This document shows, piece by piece, positions 1 to 10,611 of a stretch of 64,000 nucleotides of DNA. The DNA comes from Emiliania huxleyi CCMP1516 (taxonomy: Eukaryota). The stretch's first letter is position 1; every line of letters starts with the position of its first letter. The notes under the pieces are model-generated. The model saw only the letters and a program-made list of their open reading frames with translations, was not told the DNA's origin and made no database searches. The stretch spans positions 62,001 through 126,000 of the forward strand of contig NW_005201269.1 in assembly GCF_000372725.1 (NCBI RefSeq), read 5' to 3'. Both the position numbers and the translations under genes were made by a program.

Positions 1-539
1 TCGTCGACCCACAGAGACTGCTCTTCTGTAGGTGGAGCCGACAAACGCCGGCCGGGTCGGCCCCGCCGCCCCCATCGCCGTAGCCGGGGCGGCGGCGGCC
101 TCGGCGGACCATCCGACGCGCCGCGCGCCCGACGGGGAGGTGTTCACCACCCCTGGTTCCTCACCCCGCCACGCCTTCGTGCAGACGCCGTGGCACCCAC
201 CTCAGGCGCCGCTCGGGCTCGGTTGACGGCCTCCCAAGTGCTTGGCTCGTGCCCAGCCGACCGGCAGGCGATGCCCACTCGCTGCTAGGCTAATCTCGGG
301 CTGTCAAGCGGCGGTGTGGTGCCGTGAAGGGCAGCGGTGCCAAAACTACGACTATTAGTACCGTGCGGGGGCAGAGTGCACTTAATTCTGTCAAAAATCG
401 AAATGTGCCCCGTGGGACGTATTGGGCTAGGATCATACGTCCGGGAGGCCCCCCTTGGCCTTGCGTGCCGCAACGACCCACAGTGCTGGTACCACTCTCT
501 TCACAGCTCTTAAGTGTGCCATAACTACGATAGTGCGGG
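1..539 (-). mobile_element. Partial copy of the TA-flanked TIR non-autonomous element (same family as 41403-42333), running off the window start
   Basis: 1-~475 is the reverse complement of ~41470-41939. The terminus ...ataactacgatagtgcggg|TA resembles the CCCCCTGTATCGGGGTTATGG end of the complete copy. Confidence 0.75.
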
Positions 540-544
540 TACCC

Positions 545-684
545 GCACTTGGAGCACTTGGAGTGCAGTCATTAACCGCACATCCAGGGCCGGGGAGCTA
601 AGAAGAGCGCACCCAGCGGGCCGGATGATTGGCATCGGGTTACGGGCTAGAGAGCCCTAGCCCCGGGGGTGCGCGTTCGCAGGG
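545..684 (+). repeat. Dispersed ~140-bp repeat family A, starting with tandem GCACTTGGA
   Basis: Near-identical copies at 545-684 (+), 15751-15888 (-), 15919-16055 (+) and 45606-45746 (+); a remnant lies near 55509-55525. Confidence 0.9.
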
Positions 685-1053
685 AAAGGGCCGTAAAGTA
701 AACACGGGTCTCCGAGGGTTGGCTCCGCGCTCCGGGTTTCCCCTTAGCAGCAGACCGCCCCCTCTACTCGGAGCTATAATGAACACCAGACATGCACACG
801 ACACGCACTCTCACACGACGTCACCGCTCAGGGCCCCTTCGCGTAAGGTCCTCATCCTCACTCCGGAGGAGGCTCCCCTCTCCTCTGAGTTCTTCCTCTT
901 GTTCGCCTGCCGAGGCGGTGCCCGGTGCCGAGCGCAGGCGGCCATCCATCCGTAAGATACGAGCTTGTATCGATAGAAATTGCGCCGTTGACATCTCAGC
1001 TCTTCACACGGCCTCCCTCGGCTCAGAGATTCCGCGACGTCCCTCAAAGTGAT

Positions 1054-1914
1054 GGCTAACCTCGAAATCTGCACCTTGGATGGCTGCGCTCCCTGTTTCG
1101 CAGCCATCCGTGCTAAGGATGGCTGGCACGCCTAGATCTCAGCCATGCACTCCTACCGGATGGCTGAGAACTAGGCATGCCAGCCATCCTTAATTCACAT
1201 GGTTGCAATTAAAGCATCCTGGCCACTCCGCCTCCCAGCACGCGCCATTCTGGCTGCGTTCCCGTCAGCGCAGCCATCCTCCGGCCGATGGCTGCGATGG
1301 CTGTGTCCCGGCCATCCGCCCGGCCGCATGATTGATGGCTGTCATACAGCCGTCGCAGCCATCGGCCGGACGATGGCTGTCGCGAATTCGACCCAGCCTT
1401 CTCGCCGCCCCCGACACGACGAGCGCAGGTGGCTCCACTCACGCTGCGCGAGCCACCACACCCTTTTCGGATGNNNNNNNNNNNNNNNNNNNNNNNNNNN
1501 NNNNNNNNNNNNNNNNNNNNNNNNNNNNNNNNNNNNNNNNNNNNNNNNNNNNNNNNNNNNNNNNNNNNNNNNNGACGTCGCGCTCGTTCATGACGACGTT
1601 GAGGTGGGAGCAGAAGCCCGACGTGGCGATGAACCAGTTCGGATCTTCGACCACGTCGGGCACGACAGGGACAGGGTTGAACGGAGCAAACAGTGGCCCG
1701 CGTTCGGTCAGCAGCGCCAGGTTTGCTAAAAGAGTGAACATGCGCGCTTGTAGGGTATGCTGGCGGCGGGCAGCCGCTCGGGTTCGATCACTCTGGGCTA
1801 ACCTCGAAATCTGCACCTTGGATGGCTGCGCTCCCGGTGTCCCAGCCATCCTTAGCACGGATGGCTGCGAAACAGGGAGCGCAGCCATCCAAGGTGCAGA
1901 TTTCGAGGTTAGCC
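1054..1914. mobile_element. Mutator-like (MULE/foldback) non-autonomous element
   Basis: TIR GGCTAACCTCGAAATCTGCACCTTGGATGGCTGCGCTCCCTGTTTCGCAGCCATCC (~1054-1126) is inverted at ~1842-1914. A 9-bp direct repeat CAAAGTGAT flanks it (1045-1053 and 1915-1923). Many subterminal GATGGCTG/CAGCCATC motifs. The element contains an N gap. Confidence 0.7.
1474..1573. other. Assembly gap (100 N); further gaps at 28075-28174 and 30977-31076
   Basis: Runs of n in the sequence. Confidence 0.99.
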
Positions 1915-1968
1915 CAAAGTGATCGAACCCGAGCGGCTGCCCGCCGCCAGCATACCCTACAAGCGCGC

Positions 1969-3192
1969 ATGTTCACTCTTTTAGCAAACCTGGCGCTGCT
2001 GACCGAACGCGGGCCACTGTTTGCTCCGTTCAACCCTGTCCCTGTCGTGCCCGACGTGGTCGAAGATCCGAACTGGCTCATCGCCACGTCCGGCTTCTGC
2101 TCCCACCTCAACGTCGTCATGAACGAGCGCGACGTCAAGGGCAACAAGGCGGCTGGCGACAGGGACGGGCACTTTGTCGCCGACATCTCCTTCAACTACT
2201 ACCCGCAGACGGCGATCAAGTTCACCGACTTTCCGCACCACCTCGCGAGCACCATCGAAGGCGACAAGGACGAGGCGGACGCGCTCGTTTCGAGCGACTG
2301 GGACCACAAGAACATCGCGCTGCTCGAGCCGACGTCAACGTGCAGCGCCCACGAGCAGAGCAGTCAGGCGTGGGGCATCTCCGTCTTCAAGGTGGAGGAG
2401 CACCGCCACTGCACCGATGACGAGATGGTGTGGGAGGGACATCCGTGCGTGCACTACACCGGCTACGTCTCGGCGGAGACGTCCAACTTTGTTAACAAGA
2501 ACCAGGAGCGCTTCGTCTGCCAGCTGTTCGTTGACTCCTCGTCCGCCCCGGTTGGTGCTACTGCCGGCGGGGTGTGCGAGGGAAGCAGAACCACTCTGGC
2601 AGAGGCGCTTTTGCAGGGGTGTCACAGGGTGGTTGGCGATTTGATCGACGGCGGCGCCAGCGGAGACGTCAACCTGCCCAACCTGCGGGAAGTGGACGGA
2701 GACATCAAGGTGCGCGCCTCTCCCCCTCCCGCCCCTCCGCACTGCCTCCCCTCCCGCACACCCCTTCACCGCACCGCTGCCCAGCCCCGCTCCCCTCGCC
2801 ACCGCGACAGGTGGAGTTCAACGACAAGATCACCTCTCTGACGATGAACAACCTGGGGCGCGTGGGCGGAGACACCGTCGTGCGCGCCTCTCCCCCTCCC
2901 GCCCCTCCGCACTGCCTCCCCTCCCGCACACCCCTTCACCGCACCGCTGCCCAGCCCCGCTCCCCTCGCCACTGCGACAGGTGACGCTCAACGACAAGAT
3001 GACCTCTCTGACGATGAACAACCTGGGGCGCGTGGGCGGAGACATCGTCGTGCGCGCCTCTCCCCCTCCCGCCCCTCCGCACTGCCTCCCCCTCCCCTCC
3101 CGCACCCCCACACCGCACCGCTGCCCAGCCCCGCGCCCTCGCCACCGCGACAGGTGCTGGACAACTTTATTCTTCACACGGTTTCCCTGTGA
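1969..3192 (+). CDS. Protein with receptor L-domain (Ecm33-like) leucine-rich repeats; multi-exon, probably 3'-truncated
   Basis: Exons 1969-2709, 2811-2879, 2981-3049 and 3154-3192 are joined by GT-AG introns. Repeat units read NLPNLREVDGDIK|VEFNDKITSLTMNNLGRVGGDTV|VTLNDKMTSLTMNNLGRVGGDIV|VLDNFILHTVSL*. The start codon is uncertain. Confidence 0.6.
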
Positions 3193-3473
3193 AGAGAAGC
3201 GGAGAGAAACGGACATTTCAACTCGGTGTCGCACCACCAGCCCGACGCGCACGACAGTTAAATTCTTAACCCTTTTGCTTCATAGTGGTCATGGTGACCA
3301 AATCTCGATATATCTCCAGTCGTAGCGGTGGAACTTTAAAACGCCGCTCGGTAAATATTTAGCCATATATGAGAGGATTACGCCACAGTGTCGTTTGAGT
3401 CGACAGTAAATCTCCCACAGCCCACGTAAATCCGTCTTTTTCAGGCACCCGGAGCCCGCCGCGGCCGCTTCTA

Positions 3474-3732
3474 CGCCGGCGAAGCACCATCAAGCTGCTG
3501 TACGGCCCCGGCATCGCCTCCCATGGCTTAGCTCTCAGTCAAGATATTGTGCACATGGGTGGCCTCTACAATATACTCACTGACACTGAACCTCCCAGAG
3601 CTCGTCCCGGTCCGTCACGGCCATCCTCGTCCTCCGGCGGGCCCCCGGCCGGCCGGCCGCGGCGCGGTGCGGCGGCGTCACAAATCCGACCACAGAGCAC
3701 CGGGACGCGGTCGGGCGATCTGAGGCCCAAGT
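3474..3732 (+). repeat. Dispersed ~260-bp repeat family B
   Basis: Diverged inverted copy at ~62158-62408 (gaagcaccatcaagctgctgtacggccccggcatcgcc ... gcggtcgggcgatctgaggcccaa). Confidence 0.85.
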
Positions 3733-3881
3733 TGCTCCTCCGTCTCTTTGCATCTCCCATAACTTTTGCGAATTTCAGAAGACAGTATGCAATCGTCACC
3801 GTTTTCTCGACAATCCCTCGAGCCCTCGTGGAATGCGATCAGCCGTGCACGGGCGTCCTGACGCTGGACGTTTCGCCCGCG

Positions 3882-4275
3882 ATGCTGACCCTACGCTATC
3901 CGGAGCGCTGCACGGGCGCCGCTTTCGACGCAGCGTACGCCGACGCCGGGAGAGCCATCCGAGCACACCAGGCGAACTTCGGCTTGGTGCACGACTTGCG
4001 CCGTGTCCACGTGACTTCGCTGGATGGCCGCGCGGTTCTGGACGACACGAGTGACATCGCGGCCGCGGGGCGCGTGCGCTGCGTCGCCTTTATCATATCG
4101 GGCGGAGTACTGTGGCGGAGAAGCTTTGCGTTTGCAGTTCGCAGCCTATCCCCTTGTCCAGCCTGCACGAGTGTTCACCGACATCGAGTCGGCGCGCCTC
4201 TGGGTCAACGACTGCGTGTCGCAGTCGGACGGACAGGTCGCGCCGCCAGTGCGGCAGAGCAGAACAGCCGACTGA
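3882..4275 (+). pseudogene. STAS/SEC14 (SpoIIAA-like) domain gene with a +1 frameshift
   Basis: FGLVHDLRRV...VRCVAFIISGGVLWRRSFAFAVRSLSP continues in another frame as VQPARVFTDIESARLWV, the typical C-terminal motif of this fold. There is one extra base near 4155. Confidence 0.5.
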
Positions 4276-4365
4276 ATGCAGGGAGTGAAATCTCTATGTA
4301 CTGTGGTCGTGAGCTGTTCTTCACCTTTCTACCTACCTAGGAATTCGAATTCCTACCTACTGTGT

Positions 4366-4507
4366 GACAGACTCGGCTCACAGCCCAAAATTTGACGATT
4401 TTCACGGACGGAGTTTCCCGGGAAAATAGAGAAAAGGAGAGGGTGTTGTAGAGAGAAAAAAAAGGGGGCAGGTACACCAAAAAACGGCCGAGGATGACTG
4501 CACTCCA
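4366..4507 (-). repeat. Fragment of repeat family C (terminal arm of the 11454-13005 element)
   Basis: cagactcggctcacagcccaaaatttga, gagtttcccgggaaaatagagaaaaggagagggtgttgtagag and gatgactgcactcca match 11460-11750 (inverted) and 12904-12975 (direct). Confidence 0.75.
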
Positions 4508-5259
4508 GCGGCTGCCCTTCTGCTCCGCACTCTGCTTGCGCAGCCGCTCCTGCCGTTCAAACTCGACGACGCTGAGTGGTCATCGACGTGGCTGCTCACG
4601 ACAGTTGCCGACTACTGACACACACTCACTCACACACACACGCAGACTGGCTCCTCGTACCGTCTGTCGCGCCCATTACTGTACCTAGGTAAGGGATCTT
4701 GGCACAGCCCACATACCACCATCGACGCCACCCTCCGCGTCGCCGAGGAGAAGCCGCGCGAGGTGTCTGCGGTGGCGGTCCTGATCACCCCATCGTGTGC
4801 CCGCCCATCGTGGGCCGCGATCCGACTCGATCCGAGACAGCGGTCGGCATGCGAGACAAGTCGGCGGACAGCGGCATGCGAGACCGTCTCCACGCTCTGC
4901 CTGTGCGGCGTCATTGTGGCCACCGACGGCTGGCGCGTAGGAGGATTGTGGGCGGCTCTGTGTTGTGTGCTTGGCAGCGCCTTCGCCTGCTTGTGGGTGG
5001 TCCGCCGACTGCTGCAGCGCGGCACGCTGCGCCTGGCGGGCAGCGCGGACGGCGCGTTTGCGTACGATTGAGGAGGATCCGCGAGCGGCACATGACATTC
5101 CCCGGTCAGCAGTTTTTGTACAAACGAGAGGGGGGGGGTGCGGCGGCCTGTGCTACGTACTTAAAGCCGTACTCTCTCTATCTGTCTATCTCTCTCTCTG
5201 TCTCTCCTGCTGAGTGCTGAAGAGCAGTGCTGTGTAAATTATTCTATAAAATAGCAATC

Positions 5260-8200
5260 TCAAACCATAGACGTCGGGGACGAGACAGCCGGCGCCCCAG
5301 CCGGAGCCGCGCCCGCCTCTCGCGGGGGGCGACATCCGGGGGTGGAGGAGGAGGCCACGGAGCTGCGCCGGGGGAGCGCTGCCGGCTCGCCGCTCACCCC
5401 GCGCTGCACCCACCACCCGCTGGCCTCCTCGCTCGTCGCGGAGAGGGTGCTTGTGGAGGCGGATCGCCGGGCGCCGCCCATTGGAGCGAGCGAGATCTCC
5501 AGCCCGCTCACCGCCTCGCGGGCGAGGCCCTGGCTGTGCGCCGGAGAGAGGTGCTGCGCCTCCGCGTCGCCGCCCGTCCCACCGGCCGCCGAGCCGCCGC
5601 GAGTCTGCCGCGCAGCCGCTTGCCGCTTCCGCAGCCGCGTGCCGCTGCGGATGCTCGCGAGCGCGCCCCCTCCCGTCGCGTTGCCGCTCGCGCCCGCCGC
5701 GCTGGCGGCGGCGATGGCGGCGGGGCTGGCGGCGGTGGGCGTGCCGCGCCGGTGTGCGGTCAGAGTCCTGCACGCTTGCAGCTTCGCGCGGGTGCGCTGC
5801 CACGCCGGCGACAGGGCGGCGAGCATCACCTGTTCCTCGCCCGCCCGCCCCTCCTCGTCCTCGCCCTCGCTGTGCGCCGCGTCAAACGCGGCGCTCACGC
5901 CGCGCCCGCCCACGACGCCGTCCTCGTCCTCCTCGTCCTCGTCCTCCTCCCCACTAGGGCGCGTGAGGGGCGGGCCGGGAAGCGCGCAGCAGGCGGGCGA
6001 GCAGCAAGTCGCGAGGGCGGAGGAGGCGCCGCGGTAGAGCCGCCGTGCGACGGCCGCCGGGTAAGCGAGCGGCCCGCCGGGGAAGAGGCCAAAGAGAGTG
6101 AAGAGGAAGATGCCGCCCGCGTTGTTGAGGACGGAGGTGACGAGAAGCATGTGCGCCACCGAGCCACGGACATCGGCGCCGGCAAAGGCGGCGACGGCGA
6201 CCGAGGCGGAGGAGAGGAGGCGCGTCGCGCCGATGATGGCGAGGATCTGGCGACGCGGGCGGCGGCGGCGCTTGCAGCTGGGCGCAGTGCGACGCGTGCG
6301 GCAAGTGGCGGCGGCTCGTGGGCGTGAGCAGCGACGATTTGCCCGCGCAGTGGGGGTGTAGGATGAACGGCGGTCTTCTGAGGTGTGAAGAGACGCTGTT
6401 CACACCTCGACGCGGAGGGAGAAGGAGTGGTTAATTAATTAAGGCGGTGATTAATTAATTAAGGCGCACCTCGACGCGGAGAGAGAAGGAGTGGGTGGAC
6501 AGCTCGCCGTGGCGCGAGGATAGGTCGGCGGGCACCAGCGACCCCTCCGCTCGCGCGCGGTGGTAGACGATGGTTGCGAGGCCGACGGCGTGCGCCGCGG
6601 CGAATGCGGCGTAGACGACGCCGGCGACCAGCGACTGCGAGGCGGCGAGGGCGCCGTGCGCCACAGAGAAGGGGAGCCACATGTGCACAAACGGCTGGTC
6701 GGGGTAGTCGAGAGCCGCCCAAGGCAGCGTCATCGACAGCCCAAAGCAGCCGACCGCGCACACCTCGCCCGCCTCAGACCCCCTCGCCCGCCCTCCGCTC
6801 CCTCTGCCGCGGTCGGCGGCGGCGGAGCTGTGCTGAAGCTTGTCGTGCGCCGCCACGCCGACGACCGACGCCCGAGAGCGCAGACGATCGGGGCGGCGCA
6901 TCGCGGGCGCGCTGGGCAGCATGTCCCGCGAGCTGCCGCCCAGCCGCGCGATCTGCCAGCTTCCGGCGGCCCTTCGCGGCAGCGTCGCGGGGCTGCTCTG
7001 CTCAGCAAAAGAGCGCTGGGCTCTCTTCTTCCGCCACTGCGACGCGATCAGCGCGGCGCGCGCCTGGCGCATCGCCTCGACCCGCGCTCGCTCGCGCCGC
7101 TGCGAGAGCGAGCGGAGGCGCAGCGCCTATCCCAGCCACACGCACCCCTGTCACGCGCGCTCCGGTCACACCGCCCCTGTGAGGAGGGGAGCGAAGGGGG
7201 GGGGTCGCCTCCCCCACCACCACCCGCAGCAGCGCCGCCTCCTTGGCCCATCGGAGCACGTTGATCAGCTCAAAGATGAGCCGCTCCCGCTCACTCGCCG
7301 GCTCGTGCCCGCCTCCTGCGTCCGGCCCCTGCTCGTACCCCCCGTGGGGCGACGAGGGCGGCGGCGGCGGCGGCGAGAACCAAGCCTGCGTGAGGAAGTC
7401 ACCAACGTCAGGTCGCGAGTCTAACCCACCCGCCACCCCAATCCCCCTAACCCCCCCCTTAACCCCCCCTACCCCCCCTACCCCCTTTACCCCCCCCCCC
7501 CCCCCCACACAAGCTAGCCTTGTGCCGTGTATTCAGAGCACCGCGTGAGTACACGGGCTACGAGTACCGTGACTGCAGCGGAGTACAGCCGAGTAGGAGT
7601 CCACTCGAGCTCGTCGGACACACACAGATCTGACTCCGCATCTAGAGAGAGCCACACCGGGTCGGCGTCAAAGAGGGCGGCGACGTGGCCGAGGCCGAGC
7701 CACCGCCACTGCTCGCCGATCTGTGAGTCAGACACTGCGCGGGACGGGTCCGCGGCTAAGTGCCTCGCCTGCGGGACACGTGCCGGGGACGTGTCACGGA
7801 AAGGCCAGCTCTCTGCGAGCTTCTGACAGATCGTGTCCGTCGCCTGCGGGACACGTCGGGGAGATGTCACCACACGGACATCGGGACACGGCAACCTCCG
7901 CCCGCCGCGTCGGGTGTCACCGACGCGGCCAGGAAGAGGTACGCCGTTAGGTAGCCGAGCTCGAGCGGCAGCAGCAGCAGGAGGCGGCGCAGCGGCGGGC
8001 GCCACCAGGCGCGCCACCAAGCCGCCGACGAGACGAGAGCGGCCGTGAGCGCGAGCGAGAGCGCGCGCGTGCACTGCAACGCGGCGTGGCTCACGCGCCA
8101 TGCAGTGACCTGAGCGCGGGACACGCCGAGGACGTGTCACGGACGTGTCCAACCTGAGGCGGCCCCACGCGCGCCGCCGACCTGCCCCTCCCCGCTCACG

Positions 8201-9533
8201 AAGAGGATGGCCGCCGCGAGCAGGAGGAGCGGGAACGCGACCACCTTACCCACGTTGAGCGTCGCAGAGAGCTGCAGCAGCTGCTGCGCGCTCGGAGCGT
8301 ACGCCGACACCTACGCGGTCGTGGCGCGCGCGTAGAGATTGCGTGACGCCTGCATCAGTGCGGCGCGGCGCCCGACGCCAGCACGAGCGACGAGCCCGCC
8401 GCCGGCAGCACGCCAAAGGTGAAGCCAAACTCCTGCGCGCTCCGGTCGCCGCCGAGGGCAGCGACGATCCCCTTGATGATGGCAGGCAGTACGAGCGACT
8501 TGAGCAGCGCCAGCGCGAGGGGGAGCCACGCCGAGTCGAGCCGCGCCAGCTGTGAGAAGGAGCCGACGCTAGCCGTGCCGGCGAGGAAAAAGACGCCCGG
8601 CGCGAACGCGCCCGCGAGCAGGCTGACGACGTCATCCAGGAAAAAGGGCAGCGGCGCGCCCTTGAGGCGGCCGAAGGCGGCGTTGTACGCCACCGCGATG
8701 ACTAGCGCCTGCACGAGCCGTCGGCTGTCTGGGAGCTGTCCCGGGGCGGTCTCGGAAGTGTCTACGAAAGGTTGGTAGCTTCACTTTAGTTCATCTGAAT
8801 CGATTCCACGCGAGCGCCTGCACGAGCCGGTTGCGCTGCAGCCCGCGCACCACGCAGCCGATGATGGCTCCTCGGCTCGGGCGGTGTGCCAGCCCTCGCG
8901 GCGTCGCGTCGCGCCACGCCGACGCCGAGGAGGATGAAGGCGAGCACCTGTCCACGGGCCGGCGGCGTGAAGAGGCGCTGCCGACGCCCGCCGGAGGGGG
9001 GAGGGAGGGTGGCGGCATTGAAGAGCATCATCTGGAGAGGAAGAGCAGGAAGACTTGCTCGAGAGGAGGAAGAGCAGGGAGACTTGCTCGGGCGGGAATA
9101 GGGCGCCCATCACGGGCAGCCCGAGCCCGAGCTCGTCGCCGTTGGTCGTCAGGATCGCAAACATGCCGCCGTTGATCTCGCTCTCGCCGGGCGGGACGAG
9201 GGCGCCTCGCCGCGCCACCTGCCCCATCACAATTGACGCCGCGACCATGCAGAGCTTGCCGACCAGCGTGCCGACGAGGAGCGACAGGTCGACCGCCCCA
9301 AAGTCGAGCGCAGCCACCGCGCGAAAGAGGATGGCTGGCAGCGAGACGCCGCCGATGAAGGCGCCGACGCCCGCTTCGGCGGAGGCCGGGAACATGCGAG
9401 TCACCTTCATGTAGCCTCCGACCAGCTGCAGGAGGACCGTGGAGAGCAGCACCCTCCCGAGCGCGAAGATCACTGAGGCCGTGCCAGAGGCGGCAGCCGT
9501 CTCGGACGCGTCGGCCGCGTCGTCAGACGACAT
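5260..9533 (-). CDS. GPR155/LYCHOS-like membrane protein: AEC/PIN-type transporter domain plus GPCR-like TM domain; multi-exon
   Basis: AEC motifs GVSLPAILFRAVAALDF, GGMFAILTTNGDELGLGLPVMGALF, LLAGAFAPGVFFLAG, LLKSLVLPAII and FGVLPAA. Further TM segments follow, ending in VLNNAGGIFLFTLFGL, which resembles the last TM of GPR155. GC-AG introns; not all exon boundaries are resolved. Confidence 0.7.
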
Positions 9534-9572
9534 GGAGCGTCGTTGCACACACACCAGCCAGCCACAACCGTA

Positions 9573-10504
9573 TCTCACGAATACTTGATTTTTCCAGGCG
9601 ATCGGATTTTTCCGCGCCTCGAAATTCCTAACAATCGCCTCGCCGCTCCACAATGCCTTTCTCCGTTGCCTCCAGCCGCGCGGCGCCATCGTCCTCGATC
9701 CAGTGCCGGCCTGTGACAAGCTTGGCAGCTCGCGGATCGACGATCGCCACGAGCTGCTGCCCGGCGACCGCCGCTCGCCTTCGACGACAGTCCTAACAAT
9801 CGGCGGTGAGCGGCACCTCCTTGGCCCAGCACCGGTGTTGTCACGTCTCAGCTGCTTCATTGCCATGTCCTGTTATGGCGGAGACGCGCTGATAGCATTC
9901 CTGTGCACGCAGTTGGACCTGCACGGCCATCGGGTGCGTGGCGCAAAAAGACCTGTTTGCGCTGTCTTCGATATCAGCGGCTACATGCGCTGCTGCGCGT
10001 ACCTGTGACGCACACATGTTGATCACATCCATATACCTCACTAACACACAGCTGGCGAGCCTTGCTTCCCTCGTCTGGCCATGCTGTGCATCATCTCACC
10101 GTATGCAGCCGTATACGCCCACGGTGCTCACAGGGTCGGGCGTCACGGTGCTCGTGGCAAGCATCTCCGTCACTCTTGTGACTTGTGGGCTTGGTGGTGT
10201 TGCCTCCGGTGCTACTTCTGGCTAGGGTGCCAATGGCGCGACGGGAGGCGGCCATTGGCGCCACTACAGCAACGATTGTTAGGCCGTGGAAAAATCCGGA
10301 ATTCGTGCCCCGAACCGGCCGACACGTGGCCGCATATATGTGTATATACCACGTCCGTATGGGCTGCACAAGCCAAACCACGCTCATCACAGCTTGCCAC
10401 AGTGTGGCCCCTGGCAGTGGTAAGCCATTCTTGGTGTACCAGCTCACAGGAGGGCCGCTTGAACACGATTGTTAGACGGCGTGAAAAATCAAGTATTCGT
10501 GAGA
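9573..10504. mobile_element. Non-autonomous TIR DNA transposon with TA target duplication (Tc1/mariner-type MITE)
   Basis: Perfect TIR TCTCACGAATACTTGATTTTTC (9573-9594 and 10483-10504), flanked by TA at 9571-72 and 10505-06. Subterminal CTAACAATCG/CGATTGTTAG motifs. No transposase ORF. Confidence 0.8.
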
Positions 10505-10611
10505 TATGTCGCACGAGAAGAAATCTCGCTGATATCTAAAATTCTTTTGCGCGTCCATTGACGATCCCTTGTGTGCGGAACATCAAGCGGTACATCGAGC
10601 GACGGGGAGGC

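Noticed and set aside
545..684. Hammerhead ribozyme or tRNA in family A
   Set aside because: No CTGATGA...GAAA core and no cloverleaf or convincing A/B boxes on either strand.
4689..5071. Possible terminal exon with a TM segment; similar orphan pieces at 39745-39865 and 51861-52120
   Set aside because: Too short and unassignable without transcript data.
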